Assembly: GCF_011745625.1 (NCBI RefSeq)
Contig: NW_027191470.1
Coordinates: forward strand, 124,001 to 188,000
Length of the DNA: 64,000 bases
Direction of reading: 5' to 3'
DNA from: Cladosporium halotolerans
Lineage: Eukaryota
A program made the translations under genes and the position numbers. The stretch's first letter is position 1; every line of letters starts with the position of its first letter. Below the pieces are notes generated by a model. That model had not been told where the DNA came from and did not search any database. It saw only the letters and a program-made list of their open reading frames with translations. Positions 48,275 through 60,304 of this stretch are shown here, piece by piece.

Positions 48275-49864
48275 ATGGAAGGCTCGCCCTTTCGTGGCAG
48301 GCCAGTCGTCAAGTCGACAGAGGCCGCTGATGCACCTTCTCGTCGCCCTTCCCTCCTGCCCGCGTTCGAGCCGCTGTCGTCCTCTCCCGGCCTCCCTCGG
48401 CCGATGAAACGCAAGTTCGACGACTTGGTGGAAGCAAGAAAGTTCTATCCTACTCCCATACCTACATCATCCACCGGTATACTCGCGTCGTCCTCGCCTG
48501 CGCGTCAGACGCGTCCTGGCCTCCAGCGGACCGTCTCCACTCTCTCTGAACGCGCTCCTTTGGGAGACGTGCCTACACTTCACATCCCCTACAATGGCGA
48601 GCCCGTCTTGATGGGACGATCGAGCAACTCTTCAGACTACCAACTCCCCGGCAACCGTCACGTATCTCGCGTCCATGTACGCGCGTCGTACATCGCTGCC
48701 GACTCTTCATACCCGGCGGGTAAGGTGGAGGTGGAATGCTTGGGATGGAATGGCGCGACCGTCCACTGCCGCGGCCAGGTAACAGACTTGGCCAAGGGCG
48801 AACTCTTCTCATCGGACAAGCCGCACGCTCAAATCATGGTCGACGTGCAAAGCACGCGTATCATGCTCACGTGGCCGAAAGAGGCATTGGAGCCGGGCTC
48901 CAGCCACTCCAGGTCTTCGTGGCTGGAGGAGTCTCCGACAAAGCGATCTCGTAGCGACGAGAACGTCAACCTCGCTTCCAGCCCGCCCGCGATGCTGTCT
49001 TCGCGTCAGTACACGCCTCCTTCACCAACACCGAACAACGCGGCCAACAGCTTCGAGGCGACTTTCCACGAAGACGTCTCCAAAAGCCCAGTCAGAGTCT
49101 ACGAGGATCACAGCTCGGATGAGGATGCTGTTGGCGAGTACGATACGCCCGTGCCTAGCAGTGACCCTGACCAGACCATCCTCCAAATCGGCAATGAAGA
49201 CACTCCGAAGGCTCAACTGAGCCACAGCACGGAGAACGAGGAGCTGTCGGAGCACGATGAAGAGAACGATCCCATCGTGCACTCGTTCGGTCCTTTCGGT
49301 GACAACCTTCTCTCCAAATTCGAAACCTTCAAGCCGGCGTCTCCCGAGCGTGCGCGCAAGCCTCTGGGCTCCACCACTAGCTCACCCATGAAGGCTAAAC
49401 CGACAGCCGCGCCCATCCCGCAAATCGACCTGGCTCCTGTCAAAAACCACGTCATCAACCAGCTCGCATATTCTCGCATCCACTCTCTTCCCCTGTCCAT
49501 CATCCACAGCAACCTCCCTGCCGAGCTTCGCGGCACCAAGTCGAAGAAGTCGGGCACTCCAGACAAGCCGGTCGTCTCTACCGCCAACCTGAAAGCCATC
49601 ATCGATGACATTTCCTGCGTTGGCGAGATCAAGCGCGAGGGCAAGGATGCTGCAGGCAAACTGCTCGAGAGCGAGTTCTACTACATGCCAGAAATGGACA
49701 GCGACGAAATGCGTCGCGAGACGGTCACCCAGAGCCTGGGCAAGACCAGCATGCGCGCTGCGCGTAAGCAACACAAGGTATGTGCACTGCAGTGCTCTTG
49801 ACATAATACACCCCCATACTGACCGTCATTCCAGCAATACTACTGGAAGAAGCCGCGTGTCTGA
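48275..49864 (+). CDS. TOS4: FHA-domain protein Tos4/Plm2
   Basis: YPTPIPTSSTG, FHA GRSSNSSD..HVSRVH..GWNG, NHVINQLAYSR, GEIKREGKDAAGKLLESEFYY and RAARKQHK/QYYWKKP (intron 49778-49834). Confidence 0.88.
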
Positions 49865-50483
49865 GACGCGCCATACTCCATGCTGTTACGTTATGCGACT
49901 CAACGATCCTTCCATTCTCATTCTCTTCTTTTTCTCCTTTTGCATGGCGGTTTGGTTTGGTTTGGCTTGGTAAAGGCGAGAGATACCCTTCGATGTGCGC
50001 ATCTCTTCAGGGCTTAGGGATGTTTTCGATACGGCAGGCATCGCATTGCCGGCGGCAACCATCAAAGGTTTAGCTGCGGTAAAAAAGGCGTGGAGCCTGG
50101 AGTGTATCGTTCAATCGCGCGTCAACGGGCGCTTGTTTGGGGTGCAACGACTGTGACGGACTATGCAATGCGAGACTGTTGATTTTTTGGAGTGTTGGTG
50201 GAGGAGTAGGGCAGTGTAGGCAAATGAAGTGTTTAGACGAATGTTGAGTCGAGACAAGATTCCAGACCTTCGATGTGACGTCCCGTTTACCCCGCGCGGG
50301 GTTCGCGTAGGGCTGCAGCTGCCGATCTTGCCGAGTCGGGTGCATGATGCTTGCAATCCATCGAAGCTTGGCCTGCTCGCGCGCGCTGTCGCATCGAAGT
50401 CTACTCTCTCGTCTTCCAGACCTCAAAACCATCCATCACTTTTGTTCCTCAAACAAGGCCTAGCGCCTCCCACCCTACCAACC

Positions 50484-51563
50484 ATGCGCCTCACCACGCT
50501 CCTCCCCCTCCTCCCCCTCGCAACCGCCCTCCCACCCCCAGCCACCACAGCACCCTCCTCCTCCTCCTCAACCTCCACCAACAACAACAACAACGCCGCC
50601 AAACCCCTCCCCCTCCTAATCTGGCACGGCCTAGGAGACCGCTCCGACGCCTCCGGCCTACACACCGTCGGGCAGCTCGCCTCGCAAACCCACCCGGGAA
50701 CCCTAGTCCACTACATCAGCCTGCCCGCCTCCGACCCCCTAGACGGCGCCGCCGACCAACGCGCGACCTTCTTCGGCAACGTCAGCGCGCAAATCGCGTC
50801 CGTCTGCGCCTCGCTGTCCACCAACACGACCCTCCTCGACCCCGCCAGCAACAGAATCCGCGCCGACGCCCTCGGCTTCTCGCAAGGCGGGCAGTTCCTG
50901 CGCGGGCTCGCGCAGCGCTGCCCCGCGCTGCAGCTGCGCAGCCTGGTCACCTTCGGCAGCCAGCACGCGGGCATCAGCGAGTTCCAGCGCTGCGGGGCGT
51001 GGGATTTGCTTTGCAAGGCGGCGACGGCGCTGGTGGGCGGGAACGCGTGGACGGATACCGTGCAGGGCGGGGTCGTGCCGGCGCAGTATTATCGGGAAGT
51101 GAACGAGACGACTGGGGAGGGGACGGAGGCGTATTTGGCTGCGAGCCATTTTCTGGCGGATGTGAATGCGGAGCGGGGCGGGGGGAGGCGGAACGAGGAG
51201 TACGCGGCGCGGCTGGGGGCGCTGGAGAACTTTGCCATGTACGTGTTCGCGGGGGACGAGACGGTGGTGCCGAAGGAGAGCGGGTGGTTTGCGGAGGTGA
51301 ATGGGACGAGCGGGGAGGTGACGCCGCTGCGGGAGAGGAGGGTGTACAAGGAGGATTGGATTGGGTTGAGGGAGTTGGATCGCAAGGGCGGGCTGGTGTT
51401 TGGGAGTGTGGAGGGGGAGCATATGCAGTTGGATAAGAGGGATTTGGAGAGGGCTTTTGGGAAGTACTTTGGGCCGGAGAGGGAGGGGAGGGCAGTGGAG
51501 GGGGTTGAGAAGGAGGGGGGCGGGCAGGTTGTGTTGGGCGCGGGGAGGAAGGGGGATTTGTGA
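50484..51563 (+). CDS. PPT1: Palmitoyl-protein thioesterase (secreted/vacuolar)
   Basis: Signal peptide MRLTTLLPLLPLATA; PLLIWHGLGD, GFSQGGQFLR, VTFGSQHAG, VPAQYY, DETVVPKESGWF, YKEDWIGL and GEHMQ motifs. Confidence 0.9.
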   Translation: MRLTTLLPLLPLATALPPPATTAPSSSSSTSTNNNNNAAKPLPLLIWHGLGDRSDASGLHTVGQLASQTHPGTLVHYISLPASDPLDGAADQRATFFGNVSAQIASVCASLSTNTTLLDPASNRIRADALGFSQGGQFLRGLAQRCPALQLRSLVTFGSQHAGISEFQRCGAWDLLCKAATALVGGNAWTDTVQGGVVPAQYYREVNETTGEGTEAYLAASHFLADVNAERGGGRRNEEYAARLGALENFAMYVFAGDETVVPKESGWFAEVNGTSGEVTPLRERRVYKEDWIGLRELDRKGGLVFGSVEGEHMQLDKRDLERAFGKYFGPEREGRAVEGVEKEGGGQVVLGAGRKGDL

Positions 51564-51975
51564 GCACGTTTTGCTTTGGGGTTCGGATTGGGCGTTTTCG
51601 GGAGGGGGTTTTCTTTGTTCGCTTGGAGTGAGGGCCAGGCTGCCTTGCGGTTTGAGCGGATTGGCTATTCGCAGTTTGAGTGATGATAAAAAGCACCCAG
51701 CCTTTATTTTCCCATCTTAGTATTCGTGTACTCGTACAAACAAAAAGAAACACTATCGTCAATCCCATGCCATCCCATCGTAGTCATTCTAGTCGTACAA
51801 ATCAACCTTTGGTCTTTCGTCCCGTCCTTCTTTGTGAGAACGCCGACGCAAACGAGAAAACCCCCAGAAATCCTGCCAGTCTACCAGTCTGCCAGCCCCA
51901 AGAAAAAGGCAGTAATGATCCCCAACGCCATCGAAAGCAACCGAATACGGAATCAAAGACAAACAACGAAGGCTG

Positions 51976-52835
51976 TCATCCCCTCTCAGCCTCCCCAGCC
52001 AAAGGCGAAGCCCCCCTGCCATTCTTGCCATGCCCGTGAGGACTCATGTCCGAGATCTGCCGCTCTGCATAGAAAGTCAGCCAAGCGAAACTCAAAGTAT
52101 GGAGTGTAGAAATAGAGGAGAAATACAACGGAAAGAATACGTACCCAGTTCCCTAACCCTACACCTCAACATCTGGTTCTCCCTCGTAAGCGTCTGCGTC
52201 TCCGCCTGGTAATAGAAAGCCGGGTCGTCGCGCGCCACCACGCCCGGAGAACTCCCAGAAGGCAGCAGGACGAACTCCTCCGCGCCCAAGGCCGGCGGCG
52301 AAGCCGGGCGTTGCTGAGCAGGGCTGTTGGTCGCCGTCGAGGAGGTCGTCAGCGCCGAGGACGAGTGGCGCGAGAGCGGAGGCCGTTCGGCGGAGGGTTG
52401 GCGCTGGCTTTGGGCGGCCTGCAGCTTCAGCGCGGCCAGCTGCTCTTGCTGTAAGCGGATCATGTGCAGGAGGCGGTTGACCTGGCCTTCGGTTTCGGCT
52501 TCGAGGTCTTGGTGCAGGGCGCCGAGGCTGGGTTGGCGGGTGTGGTGGTGGGGTGGGTAGGAGGAGGGTTGGAATTCGCCGGGGGAGGGGAGGGTGGGGT
52601 CGTTGAGGGCGAGGTTGGCGGCGAGGCTGCTGCGGCGGCGCGCGAGGGTGACGGGGGGTGAGCGGTGGTGTAGGCTGGCGTTGAGGGTTGCGGCTGCTTG
52701 GAGGGAGGAGAGGGAGGGGGAGCGCGGGGAGGGAGAGGTGGGGATGGGGTGGGTGGTGTCGATTGAGATGCGACGGGGGCGCGGTGGGCGGGATGGTGGG
52801 GTCGAGGGGGTCATGGTGTCTATGTCGGGCGACAT
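51976..52835 (-). CDS. Hypothetical protein with two short coiled-coil segments
   Basis: Exons 52835-52145 and 52064-51976. SPSLSSLQAAATLNA, QPSLGALHQDLEAETEGQVNRLLHMIR and FYYQAETQTLTRENQMLRCRVREL/ERQ look like conserved blocks within low-complexity sequence. Confidence 0.75.
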
Positions 52836-54979
52836 TGTGGTTGTTGCGAGGTTGTTCGAGATAGTTGGTGATGGGTGGTAGGATTGGTTGTAGGATGCCA
52901 ATGAGGTGACGGGAGAGGGAGGGCGGCGGAGGCAAACAAAGAGATACCTTTCTATAGGTGCAGCGCTGCACCCCGGCTTACCCAGGACAAACGACAAGTA
53001 CAAGCAGCAGGTGGTGGAAGCAGTCACACCCCGCTCCCAAGGCATCCGGCCGGCGCCGACCTACCGGTACAGCAGTTGTCAATACGCGGGCGCGGTAGGG
53101 ATGATTTCACGCGCAGGTGACGATGACGATGATGTGATATAGCCGGTCGGCGAGTTCCAATGGTCGCCGCAAACGCATCGCACGATGGGCTTGACATGTG
53201 CAGTGGTACGGAGGGTACAACATCTATAATGGGTGTGGTCTGGCGTGTCTGCGACGATCTTCTGGAAGCTCCGGAGCTGCTTCTCGGCTGTCCCCCGATT
53301 CGCTCGCGTGCATTGAAGCTTCTTGGCCGGGCTGAGTTCCGACCGCGAGGGCTGCCTGAGGCTTCATTGCTACAGCACATCCATCGACACATCTCGCAGG
53401 AGCCCCGCGAGTGCGTTTGCCATAGCGAGCAGATGCTCCGCGGTGCTTGCGCTAGACCCGCAACATCATTACAATTATTAAGCGTGCTGGATGCGCCGTG
53501 CTCGGCTCCTCCCCCATCCGCGTGATGGTGTTTGGGCCTCGCCGCGAACGCGTCCGGTGCCGAATGGAGGGCGCACTAGACAGCCAGCTTCATCACGGTC
53601 CCTCGCGCCCGCGTGCTAGTCCAGAGGCACCCTCAGCCATCTCCTCTGCTAGTCTGCGTGTGATTGTTTGGGTGTGCACAGGTCGGTGGGACGCGAATGA
53701 TTGTTTGGAGCTAAGATAGCACCACACGAGGCCGCCATTGCCCTTTTGTGCCCTGCAGTGCCTTAGGTACAACGTGCTCGCCGACCCCGCGAATCCGCCG
53801 ACGAGCAGCCTTCCGTCCACGACTCGCACCACCGTCGCCCTGCCCACCACTCCTCCTGCGTCGTCCTGACACCGGCGTCTGGTCTCGTCCGTCTCTCGCT
53901 GCTCCTCTGCTCTGCTGCGCTCTGCGAGACCTGCCGAAACGGCAGCTAAGCCAAGCTCGCATGCGAAACGTCGCGGAAGCTAGGCGCAGGAGCCAGCAGG
54001 GGTGCCTCGCTTCCGCCCAATGCTGCCCCTGAAGCGAGCCGGGCGACGCGACCGCATCCACCCATCCACGCCATCCTTCCCTGCCATCCATCAATCTGCG
54101 AACGCCTGGCCACGCCTCGCCTGCTGCCATCTGCCGCTTCCACTCGCTGCTCCCGGCGATCGTACATCGTACATGTCCCGTCTGCCGCCACTGGAGATGC
54201 ACTGTTGCGCCGAACAGGCCGCTTGAGGCACTCAGGGATGTCGCCTCAGCCGCTGAAGTTGAGTGTATCTACCAGGTAGTATCTACCAATAGTATCCCAT
54301 GTCGTTTCACCTCATCATTGCGCACGATCTCTGCCCTCGCCCTTCACACTTCCCACATCTCCCCTACCTACATCTAGTCATTGCACCCCGCGCCACTGGC
54401 CCACCCCAACTTTCGCCGCTCCCTCCCAGCGCTGACCTCCAATGCAATAACTGCCCGATGCGATCGTGCTACCTGCGCTACCGCCGCTACCGTGCCCTCA
54501 CGCACGATCGGCTACTCCGTCCGGTGGAGCGGGAGCGGTCCTTCGCCCGGACTCCTGGCGAGACTACCGTCGTTGTCTGGAGTTGCTGTCGACGCATGTG
54601 GTTTAGACACCCTTGCCTAGCGAACGTTTCATCTTGAATCGCTTCAGCGGACGAGACTTTTCCTTAGCGTAGTCATCACACCATCATCCATAGTCAGCCT
54701 GCCGTCCAGGCATTCGTTGAATTTCCGACCTCAGCTTCCACAGACACGCACTCCCACGGCGCGGACGGTGTGTGGCCATTCGTCCTGCTTTCCTTTCCAA
54801 CCCAGCAATCCTCGCTTTTCGGTGTTGGTCTTCGCTCATTTCATCCAAGCCACCGCCACCGTGCGACCCCAGCATTTCCATCTCGCGACCATTCTAGACA
54901 CGCCACGCGCCGAGGATACAAACTGCATCCTTCGAACTATCGTAACATTGCCCTTCCCGTCCGCCGCACCCTGCACCCC

Positions 54980-57769
54980 ATGGGTCTCGGCAGTCGACCA
55001 ACCTCGAGAGTCACCACACCTCTTTACCACGAGAAGCCCTTGCCTCCGATACGCACCGGATCCGACCAGCAATGGAGCGATCGACGACAAGCTGAAGTCC
55101 GCGGGAGGAATCACGTTCCACGAGAAAGCTACGATGGCAAACCGCTGCCGCCCATAAACGACGCAATGGACAAGCCCGTCGCGGGGCCCTCTCGCAAACC
55201 AAACATGTCGCTCTTCAGTCTCTTCAGCAGGCCCAAGGTCCAAAAGCTGCGTGGCTACGCCGAGTCCGGCCTCGCCACGCCCGTGAAACACGACGACACG
55301 AACTCCTCCAGAATGGACCTGAACGACCTCCCTCTCCCCGACCCGCCCCGCGCCCCCAGCTCAATGTCCTTCCGCACCCACCGAACCTCCAACTCAGGCA
55401 CCACCATCTCCCGCCACCCCGCCCGCCGCCCCTCCGAAGAACACCGCAGCAGCAGCAACCCCCCCTGGAACCCGCTCCCCCTCTTCCAAGCCCTCGCTCG
55501 CTCGACCAAACACGGCCTCGTCGAAGTCTCCACCGCCTCCCCCGAAACCGTCCTCGCCAAATCCCGCGCAAAGCGCATCGGCGCCCTGCACCTGCCGCCG
55601 CCCGACCTCAAATCCTCCCCGCGCACGAGCGCCGAGACGAGCCGCAGCGGCGACAAGCTGGGCCGCTTCGCGTCCAGGGCCTCCGCCTCCGCCTCCGGGT
55701 CCGCGCCCGCGGGCGCCACGCACGTCGAGCTGGAGCGCAAGATCCTCGTGCTGGTGGCGACGGGCCACCTGGTGCAGTACGCCGAGTACGGGCCCAGCGG
55801 CCGGCTGCCGGAGAAGGTGCTGCCGCTGGGGTCGGCGTCGGCGGCGTTCGCGAGCGATCTGATCGGCGGGCGGCCGCACGTCGCGCACGTCTCGCAGGCG
55901 GTGGACGCGCAGGGGTTGCCGGTTGCTGCTGCGGCGGGCGGGGGGCTTTTTTCGAAAGTCGGGATCAAGAGTGCGGGGGACAAGATGAGGATGTCGGACG
56001 TGCTGATTGTGCTGCCGGACGGGGACGAGTTGAATTTGTGGTTGGGCGCGGTGAGGAGGCTGATTGAGGATCTGGGCGGTGCGAAGAGCGGTGGTGAGGT
56101 TGGGGCGGAGTCGCACAGTCGGAATGTGTCGAGGAGCGACGCTGGGGTTTCGGGGCAGGATGAGCAGGGCCCGATGCAGCGGTATCATATCAAGCGGCGG
56201 TCTGAGAGCGTGGGACCGTCGAATCTGCGCGAGACGGAGGTTTCGGTGTCGCCTGTCGAGCCGCCTAAGATCGCCGAGCCGAAGGCTGAAGGGAACGAAG
56301 CGCCTAAGAAAAGCCTAGACGAGGATGAGGCGTTTGCTGAGAAACTTGCTGCTGGGGCGTCTTACACCAAACCTGGATCGGTCCGCGATCGTAGGACGTC
56401 CGACGCGCAGTCTGTGAATTCGTCAGTCGCTCAGTCGGTCGACCATCTGCGACTCAACAGTCTGCGCAACAGCGTGCGGATGTCGACGAACACCAATGTC
56501 ACCGGATGGACTTCTCGGACAAACTCCCTGACCAGCGAACACGCAGCACCCAACAAGCAGAGTCTTGAAAGTCCTACCGAGACGTACTCCTCCCGTGGTC
56601 CTTATCGAAACCTCTCATCCTACAACTCCGGCAAACGCAGATCCGCAATGCCCTCGGCACCACTGACTCGAGCTCCCTCAGGCGCCAGCATCGACACGGC
56701 GATCACAAGCACTCTCCCCCCGAAAGTCCCAGAATCAGGCGAGGACTCTCCCGTCGTAGGCTACAACGCGCCTCCCCTCACAGCCCTGCCACCTATCGCA
56801 CCTCCCCGTGGCAAAATCCTCAGCTCTCGCCAAAGCATGCCTCTCCTCACTGCCTCAATGAGCAAAACCGACACTACCACCCCCAAACTTCCCCCTCCGC
56901 CTCCCATATCCGAAGCTGGCGAACGCCCGCAGTCCTTCGTCGCAGACCTCCCCTCCTCCTCCACCACCTCCTCCACCCACTGGACCTCCAAACTCGTCTC
57001 CCCCGCCAAACGCTCGTCGACAATCCAGCCCTTCCCGCCAATGGGCCCAACAACAACAACAGCACCGACAGACCGCAAGCCCCACCGCATGAGTTCCGCG
57101 CCCGCCCTCCAAACCACCGCCGCCACAAACCCTCGCACAACCGCCGCGCGCCGCAACTCCTCGCAACCCTTCTCCCTCCCCCTCAAAGTCAACCCCTCAG
57201 GCTCCCACGCCTCCGCCTCCTGGCAAAGCTCGCGCCGCCCGAGTCCCAGCGCCATCAAACCCGCGCCGCAGCCCTCGCCGCCCCGAACGCACACGCTCGA
57301 AGCGCAGATCGCCACCCCGCGCCCCTCGTCCGAGAACAATCCCAGCACGCAGGCGGCCGCGGCCGCGGCGCGCAAGACGTCAAATCCCCAGCGCCTCTCC
57401 ATCTTCCCCCCCGCTGCGCCCGCTGCTCCAACAACACCAACCCTCACCCCCTCCCCCCTAGACCAAACCCAAATGCAACCCCAACCCCAAAGAAACCACC
57501 TCAAACGCCCCATCAGCATCCAAATCCGCTCCTCGCCCGCGCCCTTCCTGTCCAGCCGACCAGCGGCTTCGCCCCAAGTGGGCGGCGACGGGAGGAACGG
57601 GAGGAAGAACGTGAGAGCCAGGGCGTCGCTGCCGGTTCTGGATCTGGGGATTCCGGTTGTCGGGTTGGGGCCGCCGGCGCCGCCGCCGGGGGGGCCGTTG
57701 CCGGAGGTTCCGGCGGGGGGTGCTGGTGGGGGGAGTGGGAGGAGGGGGGTGGGGGCGGAGTTGAGGTGA
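54980..57769 (+). CDS. Large Pro/Ser-rich protein with a central PH-like domain
   Basis: Long single ORF. The globular segment WNPLPLFQA..RKILVLVATGHLVQYAEYG..RLPEKVLPLG..SAAFASDLI..LIVLPDGDELNLWLGAVRRLIE ends in a PH-type terminal Trp helix. Start codon is uncertain. Confidence 0.72.
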   Translation: MGLGSRPTSRVTTPLYHEKPLPPIRTGSDQQWSDRRQAEVRGRNHVPRESYDGKPLPPINDAMDKPVAGPSRKPNMSLFSLFSRPKVQKLRGYAESGLATPVKHDDTNSSRMDLNDLPLPDPPRAPSSMSFRTHRTSNSGTTISRHPARRPSEEHRSSSNPPWNPLPLFQALARSTKHGLVEVSTASPETVLAKSRAKRIGALHLPPPDLKSSPRTSAETSRSGDKLGRFASRASASASGSAPAGATHVELERKILVLVATGHLVQYAEYGPSGRLPEKVLPLGSASAAFASDLIGGRPHVAHVSQAVDAQGLPVAAAAGGGLFSKVGIKSAGDKMRMSDVLIVLPDGDELNLWLGAVRRLIEDLGGAKSGGEVGAESHSRNVSRSDAGVSGQDEQGPMQRYHIKRRSESVGPSNLRETEVSVSPVEPPKIAEPKAEGNEAPKKSLDEDEAFAEKLAAGASYTKPGSVRDRRTSDAQSVNSSVAQSVDHLRLNSLRNSVRMSTNTNVTGWTSRTNSLTSEHAAPNKQSLESPTETYSSRGPYRNLSSYNSGKRRSAMPSAPLTRAPSGASIDTAITSTLPPKVPESGEDSPVVGYNAPPLTALPPIAPPRGKILSSRQSMPLLTASMSKTDTTTPKLPPPPPISEAGERPQSFVADLPSSSTTSSTHWTSKLVSPAKRSSTIQPFPPMGPTTTTAPTDRKPHRMSSAPALQTTAATNPRTTAARRNSSQPFSLPLKVNPSGSHASASWQSSRRPSPSAIKPAPQPSPPRTHTLEAQIATPRPSSENNPSTQAAAAAARKTSNPQRLSIFPPAAPAAPTTPTLTPSPLDQTQMQPQPQRNHLKRPISIQIRSSPAPFLSSRPAASPQVGGDGRNGRKNVRARASLPVLDLGIPVVGLGPPAPPPGGPLPEVPAGGAGGGSGRRGVGAELR

Positions 57770-58353
57770 GGTGAGGTGAGGGTGTTCTTGGGAGATGTGT
57801 GGGGGTTTTTTTTCTTTTTTTTCTTTTTTTTCTTCTGTTTTGGGGAGAGCGTTGGGTTACGATTTTAAGGGTTGATTTGGGTGGTGAGGGTTGGATGATT
57901 GGTGGGTTGGATGGGACGGATGCCTTTCATTTTTGAGATACCACGCGGCTTTTTGTTGAGTGTTACTGTAGGGATAGATCAGGCCGGAGGCTTCGAATGT
58001 TCACCTATAATCCCTAGTCATCATTTGATTCCTGAAACTTACCTTGAATTGAATTCTTCTTTCATGTCGCTTTTTTTTTTTTTGTTTTCATTTTGCTTTT
58101 TCGCTTGGCTTTCGAGTTTTTGATAATGACCGTGTGCATGAAATACAAGAGAGCCCGTCCCAGGACACCTCGATTCATTCTTTCGACGCTGTATACATAG
58201 TGATAGTAATACCTGATACACCAGCCCGTTATTGTAGTCTTCAAACTTCAAAAAGGAAAAACAAAAAAAAAAAGAACGCCGTCGCTCAATGCCCCAAAAT
58301 TGTAGCCTTTTTGGTGAGAGAAACCAGACAGAAATCACACCACCTCAACCTCC

Positions 58354-59619
58354 TCAATTCAAATCCGCAGCCTTCATCCTAGGCTTCTTCACCTTCTTGT
58401 CCGCGGCAGCTCCGTCCGCCTTAGCAGCCACCTTCGCAGCCTTCAGCGCCTCCTTCCTCGCCGCCTTCTCCGCCTTCTCAACCGCCTTCGCCTCCTCCAC
58501 CGCGCTATCCACAACCTTCTTGCCCGGCTTCTCCAATCTCCTCATCTTCCCATCCGCGCCCGGCACCTCGATCACACCATCCTCCTCCTCAACCCCCGCC
58601 AGCGCCCCGCGCTTCCTCTTCCTCCCCTCGCCCTCAGCCGCCACGTCCTCCAGAACCTGCGTCTCCTCCGCCCACAGCTCCTCCGTCAACCAAACCGGCA
58701 GCGCCGCCGTGTCCGGGCCCTTCACGTGCACGGCCCGCACATTGCGCCACTGCTGCGGGACAAAGCGCTCCACGAGCCCCGCGACGACGGCCTCGACGTT
58801 CGCCTGCAGCGCCTCAGGCGCCTGCGCCGCGGTACCGACTTTCACGGCCGTGGTGGTCGACGGCGCGAGGTGCACGAGCGCGGAGCCCAGGGCCTTGGTG
58901 ATCTCGGCCGCGAGGTCGGCGGGCGAGACGTCGCTCTTGGTCACTTTGCTGCCGCCCTCTGAGAGCTTGGCGCGCTTGTTGCCGGCGTCGTCGACGGCCT
59001 GGCGGCGGCCCTCGAGCGACACGGGGATCGGGCGCTTGGCGCCGGATTTGTAGAAGGTTTTGCCCAGCAGGGCGGGCAGGTATGTGATGACGCGGTCGTC
59101 GGCGAGGAAGACGTCGTGCTCGGCGAGGAGCTGGCGCTTGGCTTCGAAGGAGTGGTATTTGGCCTTGAGCTTTTCGAGGCCGAGGACGCGGGAGATGGAG
59201 GCGCTGAGGGGCGCGGGGAACGAGGGCTCGGCGAGCAGGTCTTTGTAGCGACGTTGCGGGTCGGCGGTGATGAGGCAGATGCGGAGGGGGTTGTCGGGAG
59301 TCTGGGAGGAGAGGGAGAGGTAGGGGTGCGGGAGGGCGATTTTGCCGGGCTTGAGGCGCTTTTTGTCGACGACGTGTTTTTTGGTCGTCAGGATGAGCCA
59401 GATGGGGACGGCGTCGGAGGGGTCGGAGGCGTCGTCGGCGTCGGCGAGGAGGGACTCTTTCTTGTCGCTGGAGGAGGATCGGGTCGCGGCGTCGGATTGG
59501 ATTTTGCGCACGAGGGCTTTGGTCGCGCGCAGGGTTTGCGCGGAGTCGAGCTGGTAGGGGGAGGAGGAGGAGGGGGTGGCGACCTTGGCCACGGTCGTGG
59601 TGGTCTTTGCGGGCGCCAT
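58354..59619 (-). CDS. CIC1: Ribosomal-L1-like domain nucleolar protein Cic1/Nsa3 (Utp30 family)
   Basis: IWLILTTKK, KPGKIALPH, ICLITADPQR, FEAKRQL..HDVFLADDRV, LGKTFYK..KRPIP and WRNVRAVHVKGPDTAALPVW motifs; Lys-rich tail. Confidence 0.85.
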   Translation of the reverse strand: MAPAKTTTTVAKVATPSSSSPYQLDSAQTLRATKALVRKIQSDAATRSSSSDKKESLLADADDASDPSDAVPIWLILTTKKHVVDKKRLKPGKIALPHPYLSLSSQTPDNPLRICLITADPQRRYKDLLAEPSFPAPLSASISRVLGLEKLKAKYHSFEAKRQLLAEHDVFLADDRVITYLPALLGKTFYKSGAKRPIPVSLEGRRQAVDDAGNKRAKLSEGGSKVTKSDVSPADLAAEITKALGSALVHLAPSTTTAVKVGTAAQAPEALQANVEAVVAGLVERFVPQQWRNVRAVHVKGPDTAALPVWLTEELWAEETQVLEDVAAEGEGRKRKRGALAGVEEEDGVIEVPGADGKMRRLEKPGKKVVDSAVEEAKAVEKAEKAARKEALKAAKVAAKADGAAADKKVKKPRMKAADLN

Positions 59620-60304
59620 TGTGGGTGTGTGTGTGGTGGTGGGTTGTGGTGTTGGTCGCAACAGCAGCGCAGCGCAACTGAGGGCTGCACTTCTTCTGCT
59701 TTGCTCCAAAAAAACCAGATGAACTTATCGATCGGCGCGGCAGCTGCCCGTTGCGGTTAGCGTGATGGAACCTCGGGCTGAACCCTCGCGCTCTCACATG
59801 TCTGGGGACTGCAGAGATTGTTTGTATGTGAATTGTTGACAGCAATTTAGACCAAGCTCTCTTGTCGCGGTAAAAAAAAGTCCGACGCTGTAGCTGAGCT
59901 CCAGGAAGTCATAATGACGGTGCATTGAACGCAATATCACGACCAGAGAGTCTCTACGCCAAATCAAGGGCCAAGTACCCCAAGCCTTCGCCGCAATCGA
60001 TAGTCTGACGGCATGGCGGCATGGGTTCACTCGAACCAGCCTTTTTCCAAGAGGCAAAAATCTGTCGTCAGATATAATATACGCTCTTGTAGTCGCAGAA
60101 ACATGTCACCTTGGACTATTTTCTCTCCTGCATGGTTCTGATATTATCCTAATCATCCTGCCACTAGATCGAAAGAGTGGGCTACTTTAACTTTAGCCTC
60201 TGTCTCCCGCCCCAGCGACTTCGGACTCTCATCTCGACCCGTGCAGATATAAGACGCCACTGTTCCTGCGTGCTTTGGCACCACGATCAGGGCAGTCTCT
60301 TGTT

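Noticed and set aside
50229..50483. N-terminal extension of PPT1 in the ORF track
   Set aside because: ATG 50484 is in a good context and directly begins a signal peptide; the upstream in-frame sequence is not protein-like.
53050..54950. ORFs in the 2 kb divergent intergenic region before the PH-like gene
   Set aside because: No motifs or coherent exon structure; consistent with promoter and long 5' UTR sequence.
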